Translations under genes and position numbers: made by a program | The notes under the pieces: model-generated | What the model was told of the DNA's origin: nothing | Seen by the model: the letters and a program-made list of their open reading frames with translations, nothing else | Database searches by the model: none | Assembly (NCBI GenBank): GCA_045535075.1 | Contig: JAZSKX010000014.1 | Span: 1-64,000, forward strand | Length of the DNA stretch: 64,000 nt | Reading direction: 5' to 3' | From: Candidatus Spyradenecus sp. | GTDB lineage: Bacteria; Verrucomicrobiota; Verrucomicrobiia; Opitutales; UBA953 | In this document: positions 9,502 through 19,618 of the stretch, one piece after another | How positions within the stretch are numbered: the first letter of the stretch is position 1 | Layout: every line of letters starts with the position of its first letter

Positions 9502-10344
9502 ATGGAGTTTAATCTGAAAAAGATTTTGAAAGCTTTGCTTGCGTCGACTTCCGAGCCGCTTTCCATCAAAGACATTCAGGCTGTCATTACGCGTTATCAT
9601 GAACAACGCGAGAAAAATGCAAAAAACACGCTTCCCGAAATCGACGAAGGCGGCGTTCCCGTCGCGCGAACGGGGAACGGCGATGCCGAGCCTGAACAGC
9701 GCGTTATTGAAGATATTATCAATCAGGTGCCGACTTTGTTGACTGCGACGCAGATTCGCGAAGCGATTGAAGAACTGAACGCGGAAATGAAGGATTCGCA
9801 TGATGCGACCCGAATCGTAATCGGACCGGAGGGATTTCGGATGGTGGTTGCTCCGGACTATGCCGAGTGGATTCGCTTGTTGCGCAACGATCCTCGCCCG
9901 CAGCGCCTCACGGCTGCGGCTCTCGAAACGCTCGCCATTGTCGCTTACCGGCAGCCTGTAACGCGTGCCGAAATGGAGGCATTACGCGGCGTTTCCGTGG
10001 ATTCGGCGCTTTCGCGTTTGTTGGATTTGGAATTGATTATGGTTTCCGGAAGAGCGGATTTGCCCGGACGTCCGTCACAGTTTTCGACGACTTCCAAGTT
10101 CCTCGAATTTATCGGACTACAAACGATTTCCGAATTGCCGGAGTCGGATGTGCTTTCTCCGTCGCAAATTTCGGCGTGGATTCAAAAAGCAATGAATCCG
10201 AATCGCCCGACGAATGCCGATGTCGGCCTTAATGAAGAAGATTCCGCAACAACACAGCTTGAGTTTACGCAAGTGGTTGAACCCGAAGCAACGGAGCAGG
10301 GCGTTCCCGCAGAACCTTCGGACTCATCAAATTCTTTAAAATAA
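9502..10344 (+). CDS. scpB: SMC-Scp complex subunit ScpB
   Basis: LTAAALETLAIVAYRQPVTRAEMEALRGV...GRP..F.TT..FL signature. Confidence 0.92.
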   Translation: MEFNLKKILKALLASTSEPLSIKDIQAVITRYHEQREKNAKNTLPEIDEGGVPVARTGNGDAEPEQRVIEDIINQVPTLLTATQIREAIEELNAEMKDSHDATRIVIGPEGFRMVVAPDYAEWIRLLRNDPRPQRLTAAALETLAIVAYRQPVTRAEMEALRGVSVDSALSRLLDLELIMVSGRADLPGRPSQFSTTSKFLEFIGLQTISELPESDVLSPSQISAWIQKAMNPNRPTNADVGLNEEDSATTQLEFTQVVEPEATEQGVPAEPSDSSNSLK

Positions 10345-10351
10345 TTTTCTT

Positions 10352-11422
10352 ATGAAAAGTATTCCGGAAGCCCGTCAAGATATTGAAAAAATCGATGCGC
10401 AAATCGTACGCCTTATTGGCGAACGGCAAGCATGCGCAAAGATAATCGGCGAAAATAAAATGCGCGAAGGCAAAAACGTTTTTGTTCCCGAGCGGGAAGA
10501 AGAATTATTGCGGAAGCTCGAAAAAATTGCGGCAGATATTCCGATCCCGCAGGCAAATATTAGAGCGATTTACCGGGAAATTATTTCCGCGTCCGTCGCA
10601 TTGCAAATGCAACTTCCTGTCGCGTACCTCGGGCCGGAAGGGACGTTTACCCATCAAGCGGCACGCAAAAATTTCGGGGGAAGCGTGGAATTGCTTCCCA
10701 AACGGACGCTTGCCGAGATTTTTGAAGCAGTTGATCGCGGATTGTGTGCTTACGGAGTTGTTCCCGTAGAAAATACGAATGCCGGAGCTGTTACGGGAAC
10801 GCTCGATATGCTTGCCGAAACGGATTTGAAAATTATCGCGCAAATACAGCTCGAAATCGAACAGTGCCTTGTTTGCGCGGGAACGCTCGATAAGGTAACG
10901 CGCGTGCTTTCCAAAGATATTGCGCTCGAACAGTGTTCCGAGTGGCTGATGCACAATTTGCCGAATGCGGATTTGGTGCCGACTGATTCAACGGCGGCTG
11001 CTGTCGAAACTGCCGCAAAAGATTTGACCGTCGCGGCAATTTCTTCGACAATCGCAGCGGAAATGCGCGGCGTTCCCGTCTTGGAACGCGCTATTCAAAA
11101 CCGGGGTGTGAACATGACACGTTTCTTGGTTGTCGGAAAAAAACCGAACCCGTCCTGCACCCTTTGCGAAGAAAAAACAAGTATCGTTCTTGTCGTCAAA
11201 AACGAACCGGGGAGCCTTTTGCGTGCGCTCGAACCGTTCTCAAAACGGACTTTGAATATTATGCGTATCGAGTCGCGTCCTGTTCGCGCACGCGCTTGGG
11301 AATATATGTTTTTCATCGACTTCATCGGATCGTGGGACGATGAAAAAGTCCGTGAAGCCATTGCCGAACTCGAAAAAACAGCTGTTTCCGTCAAACATCT
11401 CGGCTCCTACCCGAATACGTAG
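10352..11422 (+). CDS. pheA: Chorismate mutase/prephenate dehydratase (P-protein)
   Basis: N-terminal CM domain (R..I..ID), AYLGPEGTFT, VPVEN, TRF and C-terminal ACT domain with IESRP. Confidence 0.93.
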   Translation: MKSIPEARQDIEKIDAQIVRLIGERQACAKIIGENKMREGKNVFVPEREEELLRKLEKIAADIPIPQANIRAIYREIISASVALQMQLPVAYLGPEGTFTHQAARKNFGGSVELLPKRTLAEIFEAVDRGLCAYGVVPVENTNAGAVTGTLDMLAETDLKIIAQIQLEIEQCLVCAGTLDKVTRVLSKDIALEQCSEWLMHNLPNADLVPTDSTAAAVETAAKDLTVAAISSTIAAEMRGVPVLERAIQNRGVNMTRFLVVGKKPNPSCTLCEEKTSIVLVVKNEPGSLLRALEPFSKRTLNIMRIESRPVRARAWEYMFFIDFIGSWDDEKVREAIAELEKTAVSVKHLGSYPNT

Positions 11423-11930
11423 GCAAATTGCATCAAGGATCGGCTCGGAGGCACTTTGCAATTTGCGTTCGAGTAAGACTTTTGCCAAGGCTACGCCAAG
11501 CACTTTCAGTTTGCGCACCTGCTTCGGGTCGGAATAAAGCTCGTTGTGTTCCCGGATAAAGTCCTGAATCATTCTGCGGGAACGGAGTCTTTATTTGTCG
11601 GTTGTTCCCGTGAACCATCTATCAAATTTTCTGCTCTTTTGGTAGGTTTTAGCGGGTTATAGCGGGTTTTAGCAGAATCCTGCTCAAAGTGGCTAAAACT
11701 CCCTAAAACTGCCCTTTGCTCAAACGCCACCGCGCGATAACGATCAACCGCATTCGCAATCTCGTTCTCAATCTTTGTCCCGCGCGTTGCACGAAATAGC
11801 TTTCGCAAAAACTCCAAGCATCGATTGAAGAAGTTTTTGTTTTCCTGCCGGATTTCAAAAAGCGCGTCGAAACTTCTTAAGCACAGTGTTCTGTGTGACG
11901 ATTTGGAAAATGCTTTTCCGGGGTAAAAAG

Positions 11931-11956
11931 AAAAGACCCGCATTTCTGCGGGTCTT
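11931..11956 (-). terminator. Terminator downstream of tRNA-Lys
   Basis: Hairpin aagacccgca-tttc-tgcgggtctt followed by a T-tract on the minus strand. Confidence 0.7.
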
Positions 11957-11961
11957 GAAAG

Positions 11962-12036
<75 letters not shown>

Positions 12037-12155
12037 GTGTTGTTCAAAAAAGAACGAAATTCACGATGTCATTGTATGGGCGGTTTTGCAAGCTTTTTTT
12101 CGAGAAATCGAATTCCTTTGTCATTTTCGGTGAACTTTGTTTCAATCTTCAGCCT

Positions 12156-12329
12156 ATGACAACAGACAAGCAAGTTCGAAACGTTGCGGGAACGCAGCGT
12201 GTTCCCGCGAAAGCCCGCCTTCGGGTTCAACCTTTGGCTTCGGATGCTTTTTCGACCTTGTCTTATTCTTGTATTATGGCGCTTTTATTTTTTGAGCTGC
12301 TTGCGCTTTTTTGGCTCGATATCTTTTAA
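12156..12329 (+). CDS. Small hypothetical membrane protein (57 aa)
   Basis: ATG at 12156; C-terminal hydrophobic helix; stops 5 nt before the hisS start. Confidence 0.45.
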   Translation: MTTDKQVRNVAGTQRVPAKARLRVQPLASDAFSTLSYSCIMALLFFELLALFWLDIF

Positions 12330-12334
12330 TTTGT

Positions 12335-13726
12335 ATGGCTACGTTCAAATCTCTTCCCGGCTTCCGTGAGTTTTATCCGGAAGATTGTGCTGTTCGTAAT
12401 TTTATTTTTTCCCGTTGGCGTGATGCGGCTCAACGTTTCAATTTCCTCGAGTGGGATGCTCCCGCGTTGGAACCGCTTGAGCTTTTTACCGAAAAATCGG
12501 GAGAAGAAATTGTTTCCCAGCTTTTTAATTTTGAAGACAAGGGTGGGCGGAAGGTTTCGCTTCGACCGGAAATGACTCCGTCGCTTGCCCGTTTGGTTGC
12601 GGCGCGGGCAGGATCGCTCCGGCGTCCGATTAAATGGTTCGGAATCGGTGAAAATTACCGTTACGAAAAACAGCAGCGCGGGCGTTTGCGTGCGTTTTAT
12701 CAGTACAATGCGGATATTTTGGGAGAAGCCGGATGTTCGGCGGATGCGGAAATCATTGCTCTTTGCGTTGAGTCGCTTTGTGCATTCGGATTGAGCAGCG
12801 AGGATTTTTGTATTCGCCTGAGCGACCGTACGCTGTGGTTCCTTTTCCTCGAAAGCTTAGGAATCTCCGATGAGTCGATTGCGGTTAAGGTGCTTTCGGT
12901 TGCAGACAAGCTTGAGCGCGTTGCGCACGACGGGCTTGTCGAAATGATGGCGGAGGCGCTTGCGGGAACGGGGTTGGATGCCGCGGGAACGCTTGCAAGG
13001 ATCCGTGAATTTGTTTCGCTTGAAGATTTTTCCGCGATTGAAAAATATTTTGACGGGAACGAAAAGCTGGCGGCACGCCTTGATGATTGGCGTGTTTTGC
13101 TCGGCTTGCTGACAGCGCTCGGAGTGGGGGATTTTATTCGCGTGGACTTGACGATTGTGCGAGGACTTGCGTACTACACGGGCTTTGTGTTTGAAGCGTT
13201 TCAGCTAGTCGGGGAAGGGCGCGCGCTTGCCGGCGGAGGGCGTTACGATAAGCTTGTTAAAAAACTTGGCGGACCGGATATGCCGGCTGTCGGTTTCGGA
13301 ATGGGCGATGTTACTTTGAGGAATTTGCTTGAGCAGCAAGGGTTGCTTCCGCAAGTGGCGGATGTTCCGGATTTTTACACGATTATTCTCGGAGATGAAA
13401 ATCGAACGGAGGCGCTGGCGGATGTTGCCGATTTGCGCCGTTGCGGGTTGCGCGTGGAATATGCGTTTAAAGACGGGAAGTTCGGCAAGCTGATTCAGGC
13501 GGCGGAGCAGGCGGGCGCACGCTATGCTTTGATTTACGGAACCAATGAGCTTGCGCTGGGAGTTGTTAAAGTGCGCGATACACAGGAACGGCGTGAGATT
13601 GCGTTCCCGCGAGAAGGCTTGGCGGACACGCTTTTCGGCGTGCTTCAAAACGGGTTGCCCGTTATCGAAGAACCGCATTGTCACGGCGACGGTTCTTGTG
13701 AGCATTGCACTTGCGGCAAAAAATAA
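12335..13726 (+). CDS. hisS: Histidine--tRNA ligase
   Basis: LRPEMTPSLAR, YRYEKQQRGRLRAFYQ, VRGLAYYTG and GGGRYDKL motifs. Confidence 0.96.
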   Translation: MATFKSLPGFREFYPEDCAVRNFIFSRWRDAAQRFNFLEWDAPALEPLELFTEKSGEEIVSQLFNFEDKGGRKVSLRPEMTPSLARLVAARAGSLRRPIKWFGIGENYRYEKQQRGRLRAFYQYNADILGEAGCSADAEIIALCVESLCAFGLSSEDFCIRLSDRTLWFLFLESLGISDESIAVKVLSVADKLERVAHDGLVEMMAEALAGTGLDAAGTLARIREFVSLEDFSAIEKYFDGNEKLAARLDDWRVLLGLLTALGVGDFIRVDLTIVRGLAYYTGFVFEAFQLVGEGRALAGGGRYDKLVKKLGGPDMPAVGFGMGDVTLRNLLEQQGLLPQVADVPDFYTIILGDENRTEALADVADLRRCGLRVEYAFKDGKFGKLIQAAEQAGARYALIYGTNELALGVVKVRDTQERREIAFPREGLADTLFGVLQNGLPVIEEPHCHGDGSCEHCTCGKK

Positions 13727-13734
13727 AAAGTTTA

Positions 13735-13767
13735 GCGACGCCGTTTTTTTACGGCGTCGTTTTTTTT
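13735..13767. terminator. Terminator between convergent hisS and rluA-like gene
   Basis: gcgacgccgt-tttttt-acggcgtcgt followed by a T-tract. Confidence 0.75.
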
Positions 13768-14590
13768 AAACTTCTTTTGCGATTAGGGATTCGAGTTCGG
13801 AATCAGAATAATTGAGTTTCTCTTTTAGGAAAGTCTTCATGTCTTGCGGGAGCGGAGCCGTGAAGGTGCGGACAAATTCCGGGCTTTTAAATTCAAGCTT
13901 TGCGGCGTGGAGGGCTTGGCGCGGGAGCTCCAGTTCCGCTTCGTGGCGTGCACCCCAGCCTTTTTCGCAAAAATCCAAATAGAGCCGCTCGTCATGTCCG
14001 TAAAGTTTGTCTCCGACGATGCAGTGCCCGATGTGTTGCGCATGCGCGCGGATTTGATGTTTGCGTCCGGTGTAAAGTGCGACGCGCGCCAGCGTATAGC
14101 CGTTTTGGGCTACAAGCGGTTCGAAAAACGTGACGGCGTTTTGGGAGTCCGGACCGTCGCCGATGCATTGTTTGACCAAAACCGGGCTTGCCGTGTCGCG
14201 GCGCAGAGGCGCATCAACGAGTTGCGGTTCTCGCAGTTCGCCTTCCAGAATCGCCAGATATGTTTTGGAGACCCAGCGGCGTTCGACGGCTTTTTGGGCT
14301 CGACTGGCAGCATCCCGATTCAAGGCAATCAGAATAATCCCGCTGGTTTCGCGGTCCAGGCGGCTGACAAGATGCAATGTTTCTGCGCCGATCCATTCCC
14401 GAGCCGCGCCGACAAGACTCGACCACGGACCGTTTTTAGACGGATGACAAACGACCCAGCCCGGCTTGTTAAACGCTAAAAAATCCTCATCGCGCTCGAC
14501 AAGCCAGGTCGGCAATTCTGCGGGAGCGATGAGCGGAGCATTCAGCGCTTGGGCGCCGGGCGGGTGAAAATTGGCGGGAACGGAATCCAT
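13766..14590 (-). CDS. RluA-family pseudouridine synthase
   Basis: NKPG, SRLDRETSG (catalytic Asp), TGRKHQIR, IVGDKLYG and QALHA motifs. Confidence 0.9.
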   Translation of the reverse strand: MDSVPANFHPPGAQALNAPLIAPAELPTWLVERDEDFLAFNKPGWVVCHPSKNGPWSSLVGAAREWIGAETLHLVSRLDRETSGIILIALNRDAASRAQKAVERRWVSKTYLAILEGELREPQLVDAPLRRDTASPVLVKQCIGDGPDSQNAVTFFEPLVAQNGYTLARVALYTGRKHQIRAHAQHIGHCIVGDKLYGHDERLYLDFCEKGWGARHEAELELPRQALHAAKLEFKSPEFVRTFTAPLPQDMKTFLKEKLNYSDSELESLIAKEV

Positions 14591-14784
14591 AAACTCTTTT
14601 ATAGTGTCGCGGGAACGACGTTAAAAGTGAAAAATCCGTGTTTGAGTTTTCTTGCGCCCGGTGTTTTTTTTATTTTAATAGAGTTTACTATTTTGGAAAC
14701 TATTAAATATCTTTTCCGGCTTGACTGGAAAATGCCCGGGTGATTCAATCTTTGAAAATTAACCCTATTTTCCCCGATAACACT

Positions 14785-15441
14785 ATGGATAGAGCCACGA
14801 TTGAGACTTTGGTTCGCAACGCGATTGTGAAGCGCCTGGGCGGGAACGGCGGAGCTCCGGCACCGACATTGGTTGTCAACAGTTCTGCGCGCCACATGCA
14901 TATTTCGCAAGAAGACTTGGAAACGCTTTTCGGACCGGGCTATAAGTTGAACGTTCATAAAATGCTTTATCAGGACGGACAATTTGCCGCGAAGGAAACG
15001 GTTACGTTGATTGGTCCGCGCAAGCGTATGATCCCGAATCTGCGTATTTTGGGTCCGACGCGTAAGCAATCGCAAATTGAATTGGCGTTTACCGATGCGG
15101 TTTCCTTGGGAATTCCGGATATTCCGACGCGCATGTCGGGCGAACTCGACGGTACGCCGGGCGCTTACATCATGGGGCCGAAGGGTATTTTAGAGCTGAA
15201 GCAGGGCGTGATTCGTGCGATGCGGCACGTTCACATGTCTCCGTCGGACGCAGCGTTTTACGGATTGAAAAATCACGACCTTTGTCAGCTGAAAATTACG
15301 GCGCCGTCGTGCACGACCGTTTTCGACGAAGTTGCCGTGCGCATTGATCCGACGTTTAAGCTGGAGGTTCACATTGATACGGACGAAGCGAACGCTTGCG
15401 ATTTGGATCACGCAACGAAGGTCGAGATTCTGAAGGCGTAA
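14785..15441 (+). CDS. pduL: PduL-type phosphate acyltransferase with N-terminal encapsulation peptide
   Basis: SARHMHIS, QFAAKETV, RILGP.R..SQIE, RHVHM and VHIDTDEANA motifs; N-terminal MDRATIETLVRNAIVKRL amphipathic helix. Confidence 0.92.
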   Translation: MDRATIETLVRNAIVKRLGGNGGAPAPTLVVNSSARHMHISQEDLETLFGPGYKLNVHKMLYQDGQFAAKETVTLIGPRKRMIPNLRILGPTRKQSQIELAFTDAVSLGIPDIPTRMSGELDGTPGAYIMGPKGILELKQGVIRAMRHVHMSPSDAAFYGLKNHDLCQLKITAPSCTTVFDEVAVRIDPTFKLEVHIDTDEANACDLDHATKVEILKA

Positions 15442-15485
15442 AAATATTTAACATTAAAAACATCAACAATTAACAAATTAAAATT

Positions 15486-15755
15486 ATGAGCGAAGCAATC
15501 GGACTTATTGAAACGCGCGGTTACGTCGGACTGGTCGAAGCCAGTGATGCGATGGTGAAAGCCGCGAACGTCGAGCTCGTCAAGTCGATTTCCATCGGCG
15601 GGGCGTTGGTTACGACGATTATTAAGGGCGACGTCGGCAGCGTGAAAGCAGCCGTCGAAGCGGGCAAGGAAACGGCATCTCGCGTCGGCAATCTCGTTGC
15701 CTCGCACGTGATGGCGCGTCCGTCGCCGGAACTGTTGAAATTCTTCGTCGGCTAA
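15486..15755 (+). CDS. BMC shell hexamer protein (BMC-H)
   Basis: AIGLIETRGYVGLVEASDAMVKAANV...[13 protein letters not shown]...HVMARP. Confidence 0.95.
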   Translation: MSEAIGLIETRGYVGLVEASDAMVKAANVELVKSISIGGALVTTIIKGDVGSVKAAVEAGKETASRVGNLVASHVMARPSPELLKFFVG

Positions 15756-15803
15756 GTTGCGGGAAGAGTTTTTAAGAAAACATTTTAAACAAAGGAAAAT
15801 ATC

Positions 15804-16106
15804 ATGGCTGCACAAGCACTTGGAATGGTTGAAACGAAGGGTCTCGTTTGCCAATTTGAAGCTACGGATGCGATGCTCAAGAGCGCGGACGTTGAACTCG
15901 TCGGTTGGGAAAAAATCGGTTCGGGGCACGTTTGCGTTTTCGTTCGCGGGCAGGTGGCTGCGGTTAAGGCTGCGGTTGAAGCCGGCGCGACGGCTGCGAG
16001 CACAATCGGCGAAGTCGTCGCTGTTCACGTGATCCCGCGCCCGCACGAAGATCTCGGTCAGCTCGGCAAGTTTCTCGGTTCGACGGCAACTCCGGCGAAG
16101 AAATAG
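15804..16106 (+). CDS. BMC shell hexamer protein (BMC-H)
   Basis: [10 protein letters not shown]...DAMLKSADV...KIGSG...VHVIPRPH. Confidence 0.95.
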   Translation: MAAQALGMVETKGLVCQFEATDAMLKSADVELVGWEKIGSGHVCVFVRGQVAAVKAAVEAGATAASTIGEVVAVHVIPRPHEDLGQLGKFLGSTATPAKK

Positions 16107-16159
16107 TCGCCGCGTTCTGCGTTTTGTCGGATCGTTTTGAACGTTTCCGTATTTTCGTT

Positions 16160-17341
16160 ATGGCAAACAAAATTCTGGTCGCCAATATCGGTAGCACCTC
16201 GTTTAAGTTCAAGCTTTACGAGATGCCGGAAGAGCGTGTGCTTGCTTCGGGCGGAATTGAGCGTATCGGCGCGGAAGAAGGTTCCTTCAAGTACAAAATC
16301 GGCTCTGCGGAGGAAGTACGCGGGAACGCGGCATTTCCGGATTACGCCGCGGCGATTGCCTTTGTCGAAAAAGCTCTCGGCGGTTTCGGCGAATTGGCGG
16401 CAGTCGGTTTCAAGCCGGTGATGGCGAAGGGAATCTCGGGAACGCAATTCATGGAAGAACCGGTTTTAGCGGCGATGGAAGCGCTTTACACGCTCTTCCC
16501 GGCGCACAATCCGCCTTACGTGAATGCGATTCGCAGTTTCCGCAAGGCATTTCCGGAATTGCCCTGTATCGGAACGTTCGAAACGGCGTTTTACGACGAT
16601 TTACCGGAACACAACCGCCGTTATCCCGTGCCGCGTGCGTGGGAGTCCGAATACGGCATCCGCCGCTACGGTTTCCACGGCGCCTCGCACCGCTACATCT
16701 CTCAGCGTGTTGCCGAGCTCCGCGGGAACGAAAAAAATCTCCGCATCATTTCCTGCCACCTCGGCGGAAGTTCGTCGATTTGCTGCATTCAAAACGGCAC
16801 GGCGATTGATTCCTCCTGGGGAATGACGCCGCAGAGCGGCTTGCCGCAAAATAACCGCGTCGGCGATTTTGATGTTTTCGCCGCAATTTACTTGGCGCGG
16901 GATTTGAAACTCGGCGTTGATGAAGTCGAACGCGTGCTCTCGAAAGAATCGGGCTTGAAAGGGCTTTCGAATCTTCCGCAGGGCGATATGCGCGACTTAC
17001 TCGCCGCAGCCGAAAGCGGGAACGCGGATGCTTCCGTAGCAATCGACGTTTTTGTCGGCGCGATTCGCAAATACATCGGACAGTTCCTTGTCGAAATGAA
17101 CGGTGCGGATGTGATTTCGTTTACGGCGGGTATCGCGGAAAATAATCCGATTTTGCGAGAAAAAATTCTCGCGGGAATGGATTTTGCGGGAGTTAAACTC
17201 GACAAAGCCGCCAACGACGGTGCACGTTCCTGTGAAGCCGTCCTTTCGACGCCGGATTCCAAAATTGAAGTCCGGCTCGTTCCGACCAACGAAGAACTCA
17301 TCATCGCCCGCAATGCGTGGGCGAAACTCCACGAAAAATAA
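16160..17341 (+). CDS. ackA: Acetate/propionate kinase, BMC-associated
   Basis: NIGSTSFK, PAHNP, FETAF, RRYGFHGASH, CHLGGSSS and PTNEEL motifs. Confidence 0.92.
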   Translation: MANKILVANIGSTSFKFKLYEMPEERVLASGGIERIGAEEGSFKYKIGSAEEVRGNAAFPDYAAAIAFVEKALGGFGELAAVGFKPVMAKGISGTQFMEEPVLAAMEALYTLFPAHNPPYVNAIRSFRKAFPELPCIGTFETAFYDDLPEHNRRYPVPRAWESEYGIRRYGFHGASHRYISQRVAELRGNEKNLRIISCHLGGSSSICCIQNGTAIDSSWGMTPQSGLPQNNRVGDFDVFAAIYLARDLKLGVDEVERVLSKESGLKGLSNLPQGDMRDLLAAAESGNADASVAIDVFVGAIRKYIGQFLVEMNGADVISFTAGIAENNPILREKILAGMDFAGVKLDKAANDGARSCEAVLSTPDSKIEVRLVPTNEELIIARNAWAKLHEK

Positions 17342-17374
17342 AATTTATAAAAAACAAAAAGAAAGAATCTAACT

Positions 17375-17656
17375 ATGGCAAATCAAGCACTTGGAATGAT
17401 TGAAACCCGCGGGCTGATCGCGCTCGTCGAAGCGACGGACGCAATGCTCAAGTCGGCAAACGTTGAACTCGTCGGTCCGATGACGCAAGTCGGCAACGCG
17501 ATGGTTACGGTTTGCGTGACGGGCGATGTTGCCGCCGTCAAGGCAGCCGTCGAATCCGGTAAAACTGCAGCGCTCGCTCTCGGCGAAGTCGTTTCGACCA
17601 GCGTCATTGCGCGTCCGCACAACGACACGGCGGTTGTTCTCCCGAAAGCGAAATAA
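17375..17656 (+). CDS. BMC shell hexamer protein (BMC-H)
   Basis: [26 protein letters not shown]...[10 protein letters not shown]...VIARPH. Confidence 0.95.
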   Translation: MANQALGMIETRGLIALVEATDAMLKSANVELVGPMTQVGNAMVTVCVTGDVAAVKAAVESGKTAALALGEVVSTSVIARPHNDTAVVLPKAK

Positions 17657-17701
17657 CGCTTCGGCGGAAAGAATCCGTTCAACCCTTAGCGTTCCCGCGA
17701 A

Positions 17702-18013
17702 ATGCTGATTGCGCGCGTAGAAGGCTCGGTTGTCGCGACGAAAAAGAACGACAAGATGACCGGTCGTCGCATGGTGCTCGTTCGCCCGTTTGTGGTGAGC
17801 GAGCCCGGTGCACAAGCGTTTAAACCGGCTTCGACGACGCTTGTCGCCTATGACGCGCTCGGCGCGGGAACGGGCGAACTCGTCCTCGTTGTTCAAGGCT
17901 CTTCGGCGCGTCTTGCCGCTCCCGACAAGGATACGCCCGTGGACGCCGTCGTTATCGGCATCGTCGATTCCGTTGACTGCGGGAAGACAAAGCTGTATTC
18001 GTCGGAAGGATAA
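17702..18013 (+). CDS. BMC vertex pentamer (BMC-P, EutN/CcmL family)
   Basis: MLIARVEGSVVATKK...VAYDALGAGTGELVL...GSSAR...PVDAVVIGIVD. Confidence 0.93.
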   Translation: MLIARVEGSVVATKKNDKMTGRRMVLVRPFVVSEPGAQAFKPASTTLVAYDALGAGTGELVLVVQGSSARLAAPDKDTPVDAVVIGIVDSVDCGKTKLYSSEG

Positions 18014-18149
18014 TATAAAAAGCTTACGGATGAGGGCTTAGAGCTTAGAGGTTCATGCGTTCCCGCAGCGGGAAAAAGGATTTCAAAATCCTTTTGTGCA
18101 GATACCTTTTATCCCCTCATCTATTCTCTATCATCCGAAATTTAAAACT

Positions 18150-19598
18150 ATGTCTCAGATTGATAAAAATTTAGTTTCTTCCGTTGTCGCGGAAGTTTTG
18201 GCGCAGTTGCGGGAAAAAGGAATCAATCCCACGGGAATGCCCACCGGCGCTTGTTCCGCCGTTCCCGCGCAAACGCAGTTCGGCGTTTACGACAATATGG
18301 AAGATGCCATCGATGCGGCGCAGCGCTCGTATAAGATGCTTTGCGAAAAAGGCGTTGCCGCACGTCGCAAGGCGGTTGCCTGCATTCGTAAGCTCGCCGT
18401 CGAAAATGCGGAAGCTTGGGGCAAGATGGAATTTGAAGAAACCAAGATCGGCAAGCTCGCACACAAAGTCGAAAAGCTCCGTTCCTGCATTCCCGTCGTT
18501 CCCGGTGTCGAATATCTCGACCGCACGGCGTTTTCGGGCGATGCCGGATTGACGGTTATCGACAACACGCCGTGGGGCGTTATCGGTGCGATTACGCCTT
18601 CGACGCACTCCGTTCCGACACTCAGCGGAAACGCGATTAACATGATTGCGGCAGGCAATGCCGTCGTGTTCAATACACATCCGGGAGCCTGCAAAATTGC
18701 GGCTCACGCGATTCGCGCTTACAACGAAGCCATTTACAAAGAAATCGGTATTCCGGATTTGATGACCTGTGTCAAAAAACCGACCTTGCAATCGTTTGAC
18801 ATTATGTGCAAATCGCCGACGGTGCGGTTGCTCTGTGTGACGGGCGGCGGACCGGTTGTCAAAGCGGCGATGAACTCCGGAAAGCGCGCAATTTGCGGCG
18901 GCCCCGGAAATCCGCCTGTCGTTGTCGACGAAACAGCGGATATCGCCAAGGCGGCACGCGATATTCTCGCGGGAGCGGCGTTTGACAACAATTTGCTTTG
19001 TTGCGGAGAAAAAGAAGTTTTCGTTGTCGAGAGCGTCGCCGATCAGCTTCTCGCCGAATTCTCCAAGCTTAAATGCGTGCGCCTTACGCGGGAACAAATG
19101 GACGCAGTCGTCCGCGAATGCTTCCTTCCCTATGACGGCAAGGGCTATCCGCACCCGAAAAAGGAATTTGTCGGGAAAGACGCCGCCGTCATCGCGAAGG
19201 CGATCGGCTTGGACGTTCCCGCAGACACGGAAATGCTCTTCGGCGAAACCGATGCGGAGCACCAACTTGTTCAAGGAGAACAAATGATGCCTGTTATGCC
19301 GATTGTTCGCGTTCCCTGCTACAAAGCGGCAATCAAAGGCGCGCTTCAGGCAGAGCACGGATTCCGCCATACTTGCGTTATGCATTCGAAAAATGTCGAT
19401 CGCCTCACCGAAATGGCACAACGTTGCGATACGACGCTTTTCGTCAAAAACGGACCTTCGACGGCGGGACTCGGGCTCGGCGGGGAAGGCTTCCTCAGCT
19501 TTACGATTGCGACACCGACCGGCGAAGGCGTGACGACTCCGATGACGTTTACGCGTTCCCGCCGCTGTGTCATGGTCGAAGCCTTGAATCTTTACTAA
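18150..19598 (+). CDS. CoA-acylating aldehyde dehydrogenase (EutE/PduP family) with N-terminal encapsulation peptide
   Basis: PWGVIGAITPSTH, GGPGNPPVVVDETAD, FDNNLLCCGEKE and FTIATPTGEG motifs; N-terminal IDKNLVSSVVAEVLAQL. Confidence 0.93.
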   Translation: MSQIDKNLVSSVVAEVLAQLREKGINPTGMPTGACSAVPAQTQFGVYDNMEDAIDAAQRSYKMLCEKGVAARRKAVACIRKLAVENAEAWGKMEFEETKIGKLAHKVEKLRSCIPVVPGVEYLDRTAFSGDAGLTVIDNTPWGVIGAITPSTHSVPTLSGNAINMIAAGNAVVFNTHPGACKIAAHAIRAYNEAIYKEIGIPDLMTCVKKPTLQSFDIMCKSPTVRLLCVTGGGPVVKAAMNSGKRAICGGPGNPPVVVDETADIAKAARDILAGAAFDNNLLCCGEKEVFVVESVADQLLAEFSKLKCVRLTREQMDAVVRECFLPYDGKGYPHPKKEFVGKDAAVIAKAIGLDVPADTEMLFGETDAEHQLVQGEQMMPVMPIVRVPCYKAAIKGALQAEHGFRHTCVMHSKNVDRLTEMAQRCDTTLFVKNGPSTAGLGLGGEGFLSFTIATPTGEGVTTPMTFTRSRRCVMVEALNLY

Positions 19599-19618
19599 AA
19601 CGACTTCCGGAATTTCCG

